64,000 bases of DNA from Tubulanus polymorphus (taxonomy: Eukaryota > Animalia > Nemertea): positions 10,726,001 to 10,790,000 of the forward strand of contig NC_134025.1 of the NCBI RefSeq assembly GCF_964204645.1. The letters are read 5' to 3'. A program made the translations under genes and the position numbers. Below, in pieces: positions 16,501-28,033 of this stretch. Under the pieces are notes generated by a model. The model saw only the letters and a program-made list of their open reading frames with translations. It was not told where the DNA came from and searched no databases. Every line of letters starts with the position of its first letter. Within the stretch, counting starts at the first letter, position 1.

Positions 16501-19500
16501 AGAAATGATAAGTAAATCGGATTATTCGGTTAAATGGCGGATGTATACACGATGCGGAAGTCTGATATAAAAGTCAGACCCTGACGTGGGCATGCCGGTG
16601 GAATGACGAAGCTATCTACGATGTGTGTAGGGCAAGCGTGAATTTCATCAGCGGCTACAAGCGGTCAATATGAAAATGTGTAAACATATAATTTCAATAT
16701 TCAAACGTTTTAGAAAATATGTTTGATATAAGGAGTATGCAAGTTTCGTGAGATTAGCATTTTATAATAGCATAGCTGTCATATACGGCTCCGTGTCCTC
16801 TGATGGCATGTGTATTAGGTGACAATTCAATTCAATTCTTTATTGATCCTTATTACATTGAAATTCCGGGATAAAATTCCCAAATTCAATAAATACAAAT
16901 TTTATAATAAATTAATACAACATACATGACACATGGGTAATTCATACAGAACAACATAAGCATGTTATTTTAAATGACAATGTCTACTTCAACCCACCCA
17001 GACTCAAGACTCTAGGATATCGAGTGACAGCCAAACCCGTGGCCCGGGCCGGCTGGCTAGGCCACACGATATGCTCGAAGTCATGATGAAGCAGACATCA
17101 GAAGAGCTCTTTCTTCATCCATGGAGGCAATGAAGTTGCAAACCAGCTTAGAGGCATAAGTAAATGAAGTCGGTCGCAAGTTCGCGATCTATTATTGAGA
17201 ATTTTCAATAAAAAAATTTAAACCACTACTAGAGTCGAAGACCTGTATCATCTACCCAATCGCCAAATCTCATCATTCCCCAAATTTCTTAAAACTTCGA
17301 TTTCAAATTTGCAATTCCACATTAGCTAAGCCCAGAAATTCTACATTTTTTCCCCAGGCGTCAAATAATTTTCTAAAATTAATTTTCTTGTTTACATCTG
17401 CATGATGCTTGATTGATGTGCAGCATACTTACTCAGACATGCCCAACTCGGATCCAGGAATTTTTGATAGGGCGCCCATAATATCCGAGGCCAATTTTCT
17501 GAGCATCTATAGTGTTTCTAGAACAAAATGACCACCAAGTTTGGTGTAACTTTCTTAAGCCAGGCTTTGAAAATTTTATCTTGGCAAAAAATTGGGGGCC
17601 AAGGCCTCTTAGGCCTCCTTGGATTGCCCCTGCTTTCAATTAACTTGGACAAAAACTATTTTTGTAATTTCCTTTCTCATTTTCGTGGACCAATTTTGCC
17701 GTTGGACAAGTTTTACTGTATTGTATATTTGGCTTATTTTATTTACTGGTAATAGGAGCTCTTAATGTTCACTTCTATTGTGAAGGCTCATCTTCCTATT
17801 CGATTCTATGGTCGTTATTGATAGCGATGTAGTGATTATATCATGAATCATCGGTATCCCAAATGATTTTATTATTCTAGAAAGTTAGACAAAGTATTAG
17901 GGATAGTATCTAGTAAGGCCAATTTAGGCTACGGGTCCCTGATTTGACTTTTACCCAGGAGAGGAGAGAATATCATGCTTTACTCCACCCTGTATTGTTA
18001 AAACTGATCTAGAAAATGTGTTCCAGGGTACAGACTTTTAAAAGGGTGACTGTTATCTTTTTACGTGATATCATTGATGATAATAAATTTTCTGCAACAT
18101 TCTAAAGGTTAGAATTTCCTAGAACTTTCAAGTTAAACTCTCGAAGTATGTAGGCCCTAGCTTTTCGCTTCATCATTTGACCGATCATCAAACAATAAAG
18201 ATTTTTTGGGATTTCCTTATTTTGTCATTATTCTAAAAATCTGATGTTAAACTTTTTTTTCGAGATTTTTCTCATTATTGTAAAATATCGTGTGGCAGCT
18301 AAACGATAGCAATCACTTCATGCGTAGTTCACGCCCTGTGGTGGAAATGAAAATTTTTCTTTAGGGGACAAAGCGAAATCGTAAATGACCGTAATATTGG
18401 GACGATCTTGCGCCGCGAAACTAACTACGCGTCATCCGGGCAGGAAGTTTGCCTGTTTGCCGCCTTTTGTCTAGTCGTGGCCTTTCCTTGCGCTAAACAA
18501 GAGGTTGCTCCAACAAGTATCTCGACCATCGATCGCGGTAAGATAGATAACGGATGCGCGCGCGAGGACGGGGTATAAATTTCCACGACGGTCGGGTCGG
18601 TGTACCGATTTTGAATTAGTCGTCTCGCGCTATTGTCCGTGATCTACTGTCACCGCGCGCGTTAACAGCGGCGACGTCGTCGTCGATGACAGTTTCAATA
18701 TTGTCCCCTCATTAATCACAATACGCGGCGAGCACAATATCTCCTCGTCTCATACGACGACGAAATCAAGAATTTTCAATAAGTGTTCGAGTGATTAAGA
18801 TGGCGATGATTGCGATGCAGGTATGCGCGGAATGTCTCGCCGTCGCTCTCTCTCTCTCTCTCTTGCGCTGATCTTTACCGATCGCGGGAGCAGTATTACG
18901 ACGACGTTCGCCTCGGAGCGTCGTATGCGTGTGTATGTATCCGTTCTCTATCGTGTTGATCGATTATCTCCTATTAATTCAACACGGAATCGTCTTGTTA
19001 TTAGTCGATGTTTACAGCCGACGGTGACACGTCGGCCCCGGTATCGTCGCTATCGCGCTGCTATTAACCACCGCCGCCACCACTACCAGCGAGTCGATGT
19101 TGACTCTCTCTCTCTCTCGCGACTGACTAATTTCGCGGTTGCGACTACGACTGATTTCGAACTTTGAATCGTATTGACTCGCTCGATGCCTTTAAGGCGA
19201 CGGATACGTTGTTACGCTCACCTCGATTGATTGACAGCTCTCGGCCCTTTTCTGCCTTTTCCGTCTAAAAAACTAGCGCCACTGTACTATGGTATGATCA
19301 TTAATTGATAATTGATATTTGCTGTAATTCCTCTTTAATATCTCTTGTAGTCTACAGCTGATTGATGTTTGCATATTTTAGCATACAATTTTAGCATATT
19401 CTATTACTATATTCATATCTTAGATCAAGTCAAATTTTAGCAAAAGCCATGGCATTAATTTACTGAATGACTTTTTCTTTCTATAGGAATGTAAATTCGC

Positions 19501-22500
19501 CCCGGCGATATTAGAACCTGTAAAAAATTGGCAATTGACTGCGGCAATCAAAAAATTGCTTCCAACGCACCTACTCAAAACAATGCACAAACCAGATGGC
19601 GCTACAATGCACTCATAAGTTATACGTAGTGAAAATTAGTTCATTTTCAATGAACTTTGAACTGAATTTTAGGCTCCCAAATGGAAATGTTGTCAAACAA
19701 GTCATCAAATAGATATAAAATTGACGTTCCCAATAAGTGTATGGTAAAGTTTTATTAGAAATTTATTTACTAATGAGAAAAGTTGACTCAATTTTATTTG
19801 AAATGTGGAAGAAATTGAAGCGCGGTCAGTTTCAATAATGTATATTAGACGGTTCGCCAGAAAGCCAGCAGATTCATGTTAATGACCGAAAATGTCTAAT
19901 TAGCCGATTGCGTTAATATCCTATAAGTGTTACTACCTGTAGGTGTCATTAAAGGTGAATATGTGGTGACGAGTTTGAATCGCTTTGACGCAAAATGGCT
20001 ATGAATAAATATGCATCTTAATTGACAACCAAGTAAATATTATCAATATTGTTATTAAACAAATACGTTGCCACGCGACATTACAATTTATTACAAATAT
20101 ATGCATTTTAAAGCCCAACCCACACAGCACCGAAAAGACGTTTTTTCCTCGTGAAAAAACGTTTTCGATGTTTTTTGTTATGCCGTGGGGTTGGAGGCAA
20201 AACACAAAATGCTGAACCGAAAAACGTTTTTCACGAGCAAAAAGCGTTTTCTGAAAAACGTGTTTTCTGTTTCGGCGAAACACATATTTTTTCCCGTGTG
20301 CGTTGGGCTTAAGGACTTCATAAAAAATATTTTGGAGGAAGGGTCCATGCCGGAATTCTGCAAAAATGATAAATAGTACAATGTGATCAAAATTTTGATT
20401 AAGCATTATCGGGTGTGACTTTCGTGAATAAAATCTCATTTGGCTGCCTGGCAGCTGTTTTTATTCCGTGCGTGTCATTCGGTGAAGTATATTTATTACT
20501 AAGTATATACGTTGGGCTTCGTATTTCCCCACATTCCGAGATGTACGTGTTGTTGCCGAAACGAAAAATCATCACCGAGCGTAATCGAAGACTCGGCGTT
20601 GAAAGTTGTTTTTTAGTTTTCGTCGTGTTATCATAAGATCGTCGCGGAATTTTTCGTTCTTCCGTACGTCAACAACGAACTTTGTTTTAATTGCTACTTT
20701 TTTTCCATCGATTATATGAGCCAAAAATAAGCGCCTCGGGTACACCGCTTACACCGGTTCTATCCGTTCTTTAACTAGATTATCGCTAGATGACATGGCC
20801 GTCGGTGATTTCTAGAAGCGCGTCGTCCGAAAATACGGACGGATGAAATGTCAGCGACATCACCACGGGTCCGACAGATATGCATGGGTCAAATGTTGGA
20901 CGGGTCAAATGTTGGACCGATAATGAAAAATATGGATCTTTTGGAAATTCCAAAAATGTTTCTATTTTGTGGAAGAGATGGTCCAAAAACCGTAATAGGC
21001 ATTAAGTGCCAATTCTGTTTTTAGAATACATTAATGTACATGGATGCCTCTGATTTTTCAAATTTAATGGAAAAGGGTCCCAAGACTCCCTGCAAGGGGC
21101 TACGTGCCTACGGTGCTCGTCTTAGCGGAAACCCAATGTATGCCTTTTTTTTCCTCATGTCTGACCAATTTAGGATGTGTCACTGAATATAGCAGCATCG
21201 CCGGCTGAGTGGCTGATGGAAGCGTACTGCCAGAGGGGATTCCCTTGTCAGAAACCTTGTCTAGACTCAGTTTCTGCATTTATGGTAAATACGACAACTT
21301 CACTATCACAAAGTCCCCTTTATCCAGCGGTTAAATGTATTGGTTAAGATACTAAATATAAAATCCCTGTTTCAATCCCGGCAGGTGTGGCGTGTTTATA
21401 AGGGACACCAAATCAAAATAAATCAGACCAAATCTACCATCGGATTAATAACAATCCCTATTTTTAGATAAAAAAAAGAATGATACTTAATTATAATATC
21501 CGATTACTTCGTAGTTTTTACCAGTAGCTAAGAACTTTGTCCCCCTCCCCCGAAAAAAGATTGCTCCCGAGTGTACGTGTTAGTTTAGGGAGTTTTTTAA
21601 ATGGAAATTGACAATATTAGCAATATTTGAGAGCTTCGGTAAGAGTAACATCCCTGTTATTCTTGAGAAAACATTGATCTTATCGGATTGTGTTATTTTA
21701 TCCTATTACCAACTACGAAAGACAACAACATTCGGCGGAACAGCTATGCGCATAGTTTCGTCAGCGCGCGCTGTAGCCATAGTAAGCCGAAACACTCCCC
21801 GGGCGCGCGGCGCGCGTCGGGTTACCAAGAAAACCACGCTACGAGCACTACGACGCGACTACAATTCGGTCAGAACGGCGATGCCGGAATCGGTTACGGT
21901 ACTTCGTTTACGCGCTATCTGATGGTAAATAAAATAATCACGCCGCGTCTCCGACGACCATCGCACTCGTGTATATCGTACGACCATTTCGACGGTAAAA
22001 TTGACCCGCGATTTAAACGGTCGCGGCGCATCCGCCCGGATCGTTTTACGACTCCGAGCTTCTCGTTGAAGAAGTCTAGCGATGTTTTCGAAAGAAGCGA
22101 ATCTTCGGCTGGTGATGTCGAGAATGTTTGCGCTTGTAGGTAAAGAATGATGAACAGCCGATAGCAGTCATTCGTAGAATTATTGTCGGATTTCTGTGCA
22201 TGTTTATGCGGTTTCGTCGACTGCAGTTCTGTCATCTACACTGTATGAGCCATTTGTAAAATTCTCCTGCCTAAAATATTCGAAATTTGAAGTATCGGGA
22301 ATTTTAAAGCCACTTCTCCATCCTCGCTCGTGTGGATTTGTGCCTACATTTAACCATGGATGTGTAAACTAGGGTCTTGTTTATTCATCCATGATTTACT
22401 AGTAACGAACCATGCCCTGTTAGACCATGGAACTAAATTATTACAAGTCGCGACGGTTTACCCCGGGCCCGGGGCACGAGTCGGGTTCGAGTTAAATTTG

Positions 22501-25060
22501 TGCCTTATTAGAAAGAGCACATTAACATTACTTTATACTAAACAATGACCAAAGCTAAATGAGTCACTTTCGGAACCAGTTGCTATTCAGACGCAATAAT
22601 TTGACCCGTGCTAAAATTTGGCTCTGCCTGGTACGAAGTTATTGGTTGGGCCAAACTGACACGGGCCCATTTGACACCCATGCGAACCTAGTCTACGATT
22701 CAGGCATTTATCATGGTAGTGCAGTCTCAACGCCTTCAAGTTAAAATCTCTGCTTGGATTCTGTCGTCCCCTGTAAAACTGATGATATTTGATATTCAAA
22801 CTATGTACAACTGGGGCTTTTTGCGGTAAGCCCATTCTTCCTGCCATGTTGCGTAAATACTTTCATTGCGATAGTTACGTCAATGCAAAATATATTTAGA
22901 TATACTTTTGAGTACATGCATAAAACTCTTTCTTTCATCCTACTGTCTGGAAGCTTTCAACTATTCATTGGGGAACTCGTAAAAATTGTCATACATTTGA
23001 AACTCCTTGTAACCCTTCAGATGTAAACATTTATCGGTTATAACAAACCTTAATTTAACACAAATAGGAAATGAAATAGGACATGCTGGAGTGCATTATC
23101 AGTTATAACGAACATATTTTCTGGTCCCCCCTGAAGCTCGCTGTCACAGGCTTCTTCTGTACTTTCATTTTCTTTTTTTTTCCAGAAAAATCCTGCTGCA
23201 ATCATTAAAGTACGTGATGAAGTCAGAACGGAATGTGCTAAATATGGAGAAGTTCGAAAAGTTTCCGTCTATGACGTGAGTTTTTAGCTGTGCCTGGATA
23301 GAGTTCTGAGGGCTCACAGAACTACGGACACTGGCAGAAAGGGCCAAAATTTGCTTTTTGCCATAACAATGTCCAACGTGTTTCCTTTGTTTATTTGTTT
23401 GACATCATGATATTTATATATTATATCAAAAATACATGTGTTTTTGATTAGGCCTATATTAATGTCAGTTAAACTTGTGTAATGAAAAATTCTTTTTGAA
23501 GTACAATTTTTTCGAATCAATTCGGCACCATAAAAATCGTTGAGGAATTTTGTTGACATTTTTGACATTCAGTGATTCATTTGATCGATAACTATTTATT
23601 TGTTGATATTGTTGTTTTTCTGAATAGCATCACAAGGATGGTGTGGTGTCGGTGATTTTCAAAGAACCTGAAATGGCAGACGCGTGCATCCAGGGCATCA
23701 ATAAACGCATATTTTTAGGTAAGCTTTGGGATCGTGTTACAGTAGAACTCGCTAACGGCGATTCGAATTTTTCGATCTGGATTTTCACTCGATGAGATAT
23801 TTGATCCATTTAACCAATCAACCATATAAATTTTTATTCATAATTCGCATTTTACTTAATTTTACTTAATTCAGAGAAATCTAGGCTGTCCCTTAGTCAG
23901 TCCCTTAGTCAGTTCCTGTAGATAAACAGCGGTGTTGAGCTGTAGAAGCAAAAACATTTGAATAAAAAAAAAGCATTCGAATAAATGTTGTTAGAATCAT
24001 ATACGATGTTCTTGTGTATTGATTCTGATACAAAATTTCATTTTCTTCATTTGACAGGGTAGCTACTTACCGGTACCTTGAAATTTGGGAAAAGTTGGGG
24101 AATTTTCTTTTCCTTAGAGAAGTGAGGGAATAGTCGGGGGGAATGTTATAAAGCTAAAAATCAGGGATATGTCGGGGGGGAAATATGCTGAGATTGCTAG
24201 ATTGCACCTAAAATCGAACAATTTCTGTCTATTTTAGTAGTCTTTTAGATTACTGGTCTCACTCTCTTAAGCCCGGCGCACATGAGGCAATTTTCAGTCG
24301 CCGGTTGCTGCGACCGATTTTTGAGCAACCGTTGAGCAATCGATCGCTTGGTGTCGCCCGTGTGCTACCACTGGAGACGGAGAGGCGATTATATTTCCCA
24401 CCAAAAATCTTTATCATGTGACTTGTTAAGATGGCCACGCTACTTACCCGGGTGATGCCGTATTTGGAAGTATCACATGATAATTATTCGCTTACTCATT
24501 GGCTAGGTTGATGAGGTGATCGTTGCTTGGCATCTCCAGCTACCGCACACGAGCAACTCCCGAGCGATCGCCGAGCAATTTCTTGGCGACAAGCAATTTT
24601 CTGTCGCCCAATATCAAACATGTTTGATATTGGGCGACACGGAGCAATTCCTTTCGACAACGAGCAATCGCTGTCGCCCCTTGCCGCAGACGAGCGATTT
24701 TTTCATTCGACGCCGAGCAATTCAGGCGGTTGCTCGAGAATTGCTCGAAACTGTCGCCCGTGTGCGCCGGGCTTTATATCTCTTTTTTTGATGTATGTAT
24801 ACCCGTCCAATGCAAATATGTACGATTCGGTTCTTGCAGGTCGCGTGATAACCGCTGAAACTTGGGACGGTCAGACTAAGTATGACACCGGCGAAACGGA
24901 AGCGGATCGCGAGGCGAGACTGAAAAAATGGCAGACATTCTTGAACGAGTCGGATAATCAAGTCGACGCAGAATCGACGAAGACAACACCGGCGGCGGCA
25001 TCTGATGACGAAAAACCGAACGAAACAAAAGAACCGGAAAATTCAATTCCACAGGTATGA
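7573..25060 (+). CDS. HTATSF1: HIV Tat-specific factor 1 / 17S U2 snRNP protein TAT-SF1 (Cus2/barc orthologue; 8 coding exons, 479 aa)
   Basis: Exons 7573-7722, 8531-8951, 9379-9581, 11243-11409, 11769-11865, 23186-23275, 23628-23718, 24840-25060 total 1440 nt in frame. Conserved YTDKDGTVFEWD..KAYFPKIDEDFIANYQLNFG, RRM (NTNVYVSGLP...KIKLYKDENGEVKGDGRCC), LFDWRP, UHM (ECAKYGEVRKV...HKDGVVSV...GRVITAETWDG), and REARLKKWQTFL. AATAAA at ~25388. Confidence 0.95.
9995..10200. repeat. Minisatellite, ~3 copies of a ~67 bp unit
   Basis: Unit TCTAG(T)n(G)nAGGTTTCGATACGCTTTGATGTATGGTATTGGTTAATGTACGTGTCTA repeated head-to-tail. Confidence 0.85.
11973..12260. mobile_element. hAT-like MITE (CAGGGTGGCCAC TIR)
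   Basis: CAGGGTGGCCAC at the start and GTGGCCACCCT at the end, with internal ATCAGGGAA subrepeats. A related copy starts at ~24056. Confidence 0.6.
13187..13325 (-). mobile_element. PIF/Harbinger-type MITE, family A copy 2
   Basis: Reverse complement of 3076-3215; CAG on both flanks is compatible with a 3 bp CWG TSD. Confidence 0.8.
13635..13664. mobile_element. 30 bp perfect palindrome, probable TIR-only mini DNA transposon
   Basis: CATGGACTCTAAAAC|GTTTTAGAGTCCATG flanked by ACTGTACC and ACTGCACT (6/8 identical, a degenerate 8 bp TSD). Confidence 0.55.
16823..17185 (-). mobile_element. 3' fragment of a non-LTR retrotransposon
   Basis: On the minus strand an ORF end (LRPTSFTYASKLVCNFIASMDEERALLMSASS*) is followed ~240 nt later by AATAAA and a (GAATT)n tail, typical of CR1-group LINE 3' ends. 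Confidence 0.45.
18360..19280. promoter_or_regulatory. CpG-rich intronic regulatory island with TATA-like box and candidate first exon
   Basis: Visibly CpG-rich compared with the CpG-poor housekeeping introns. GTATAAAT at ~18573, ATG...CAG|GTATGC at 18800-18826, (CT)n tracts and TGATTGACAG at 19228-19237. Confidence 0.5.
20112..20309. mobile_element. Harbinger-like MITE
   Basis: TIR AGCCCAACCCACAC / GTGTGCGTTGGGCT with TAA flanks and internal AAAAACGTTTTT subrepeats. Confidence 0.6.
24270..24773. mobile_element. Harbinger-like MITE
   Basis: TIR AGCCCGGCGCACA / TGTGCGCCGGGCT with TTA flanks and internal GAGCAAT/GTCGCC subrepeats. It accounts for the spurious ORFs 24516-24791 and the N-terminus of 24527-25060. 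Confidence 0.7.
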
Positions 25061-25866
25061 CGAGGTGTAAAGAAATTTACGGCCTTTTTCCGAGCTTCGT
25101 CGCGATTTCAGTGCTCAGATACGCGAATGATTTTTTAGAACTTCTTTGATCGTAAAACAGCTAATCATAAACACTACAAAATTTGTATCCAAGTTGTTCA
25201 AGCTTGATTTTGACTTCCTTTCCAAAAGACATTCAGTCCGTAAGGGATGTCAAAATTTTACGGGGTGTCCGGTCCCCCACGGACACCCCCTATATCCGCT
25301 ACTGAGTATGCACATGTATTTCATTGCGTACTGTTAGTCAATTTAGAAATTTTCTAGATCGTCATGATGCCCCGTGTATTTACTAGTAATAAAAATACTT
25401 TAGTACATATACCCATGCCATCACACGGAGATATCGGTAATTTGGCCTGGATCAGGCCTGAGTTAAATTTGGCCTGTGCCTGATAAAACTAGGGCCCATT
25501 TGCCACCTATGTGAACAGTTGTTCCAGGCCTAATATCGCATGGGCAACACACATTCACCGAACTTGCTTACAGGATGTCGTTGAGGCCAAGTATAGACTA
25601 GTAGAGTGAATTGCTAAATGGTTTATTTCAGATGGCAGACGTCGTCAGCGGAACCTGATAGTTCTAACAATACACTCAACACAAGAGTATATTAACAGTT
25701 GCTGTGCTACACCGCGAAAATATGATCTGCAGAAAAAAGTTCATGAACAATGCTTTTGAATTATTGTCGTTACAAAATGGTACGCGAAAAAGGCAGGTTT
25801 CGAACGTATAGTATTTGCAATGCGCCGGAAGAAACTAGTGAAAATATTTATATGCTATATTTATAT

Positions 25867-26476
25867 ATAGTGGAACCTCGTTACACAGTGGCGTTGGAAG
25901 TGCAGCGACCGCAGCTGCGAAATAATTTACTGAATGAAGTTTTTTTCTCTTTCTATACCACATTTTTGAAGAAATTAAGTAAATTCACGGCGGCAATATT
26001 TAGAACCTGTCCAAAATCGGCATTTGGCCACAGCAATCAAAAATTGCTTCCAACGCGCCTGTTACAGCTAACTTCAAAAGATCAGAAAATCTGTTGGTTA
26101 TAACCAATTGTTTGTGGTATCCGGTATGAAATTAAATTTCAAGGGCGTATACAATGGGCAGGTGCAGGGGGTGTCGTGTCAAGTTGCCCTGAAATTTCAC
26201 TGGAAAATAAACAAATATTAAACTGATAACTAAAAAAATCAGAATTCATAAGCTTTTCTCTGTATTTCCAAAAATGAGTTAATGCTTTCCCACGAGTTTT
26301 CTTTTGGGATGCCCTTATGATTATAATGATGTGCCCTATTTTGGACGTGCGCCCATACCTGAGTCTGACCCTATAGATCTGCCCCTGAATTGTCTTACTC
26401 GGGACGAAGTTCAATATATTAGTCATATCCGATGAATCAGTGCATCCGAGTTCGTTACAACGAGGTTCCACCGTAC
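25867..26476. mobile_element. Tc1/mariner (pogo-like) MITE containing nested insertions
   Basis: Ends TAGTGGAACCTCGTTA ... AACGAGGTTCCACCGTA with TA flanks. Contains the 5 bp-TSD element 25886-26061 and a second insert at ~26140-26387. Related copies at ~28520-28689 and ~47697-48204. Confidence 0.6.
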
Positions 26477-26584
26477 TTTCACAATCGAAACCTGCCTTTT
26501 TCGAGTATTTGAGGAGCTCAATCTATGAAGCCTGCCTAGAATCCCTAGTTGAGTTAGAGAAACGTTATTGGATTCTAATGATGA

Positions 26585-26768
26585 GGCTAAGATAAAATGA
26601 TACCTCGTTTTTCCTAATCGGCCGGGTCGCTTTTGTAAACTGCGATAGAATTTGTAATCAGTTCATTTCTATTAACTGTGCTGGGTCAGGGTAGATAGGC
26701 GGCTGGCCGGGTCACGTTTTAAGCTGAGCAGACATGAGAAACGAGGTATCAATTTTTTACAGGCTTAA
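26585..26768. mobile_element. MITE with GGCTAA...TGATACC termini (3 copies)
   Basis: Terminal inverted AAAATGATACCTCGTTT / AAACGAGGTATCAATTTT. Inverted homologues at ~28335-28705 (with a nested pogo-like MITE) and ~29967-30170. Confidence 0.6.
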
Positions 26769-27980
26769 CTTTATTTGTTAAGATTCTTCATGCAAACGTG
26801 TTCTAACGTAGTTAGTCGTTTTCTAGTACATAACTACTGAGCTTAACGATATCGTTTTTTTTCCGATGAGTAAATTTGTAAATAAAATGTCATGATTATG
26901 ATATTGTAGCTGTTCATTATCGTATTGTCTTTTGTTATTGCTGCGCGGTCTGACTTGATTTCCTACAATGTAATTGACCCATATTCCGCGGCTACCCGCG
27001 TGGTTCGAACCCGCGATGCCCGGAAACTGGCATTTAGGTTCACCCATATAAAACGGCCGTCGCAAACTGAGATTATTATTGTTGAAAAACAATTAATCCG
27101 TACTTAATTACTACTAACGGCACTATAGATTAATTAATTGGCCGACACAGAAGTATTTTCCCATGGTATCGCTGGGATTCTGAGAGCATATTCATATTCT
27201 TATGACTCAACAACCGCCGCACAACAGGTGTAAATTATGACGGATTCTCAGAATCTGCTCCGCGATAAAAATCATTTGCGGGCACCCCGGTCTTTAATGA
27301 TATTTTTTCTCAGCCCACCAGGTGCCTTACAGGTCTTACACTTTCTATTGTCAATTAATTCATAGGGATATATACAGAAAATTTGCCTCATGCTCTGGAA
27401 GCGTTGGCACGTACAGTCTTGGAATAATCGAGGACTATTCAAGAAATAGATCGGTAAAATCCATTGACTTTGAGCTGCAGCAGTTGGCTGGGTTTGAGTA
27501 AATGGGTTCTATTGAACCTTTTATGGAAAAGGGGGTTAAGTAACATCCCCTCTAAGAAAATGAACACCTTATTTTAGACCCCGAAAATATTCCCCGCTTT
27601 TGTTCTACTTTTTAGACCCTTTACAGACTCATTTCCTTGTTAAAATTTGTTCACCCCTAGCAGCATGGTGCCCTCGCCACTAGCATTCCATTTCCTAGTT
27701 GACAGGTGGCAGTTCAACGTTCTCAAAAATGAACCCTCGCAGGAAATCTTGGCTTCCCCCGGCTGTATCTTACTCGATGGGAAAAAAAGAAACGATCGTC
27801 GCTGTCTTGTCAGTTTTTTCCGACGGTATTCTCCGAAACGAACTTTTTCTCATTACAGATTAAGGGCATCAAGCTAAAAGATTGGCCTATTACCCTTTCT
27901 TGTTCGGTAATCAGCTACGGTGCACCTGTTCTTATTAAATCGCTGGCGCTATCGGCCGCCAAAAGAACATCCTCTGATTA

Positions 27981-28033
27981 TCTCTCTTTCTCTCCCTCTC
28001 TCTCTTTCTCTCTCTCTTTCTCTCTTTCTCTCC
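27981..28033. repeat. (CT)n microsatellite
   Basis: Interrupted TC/CT repeat, directly visible. Confidence 0.85.

Noticed and set aside
19999-20439. 146 aa minus-strand ORF and similar ORFs at 24516, 60999 and 62716
   Set aside because: They lie within MITEs or palindromic repeats and show no protein features.
25055-25060. CAG|GTATGA as a donor extending HTATSF1 towards vestigial
   Set aside because: The conserved protein is already complete, there is an in-frame stop with AATAAA ~330 nt downstream, and use of this donor cannot be supported without RNA data.
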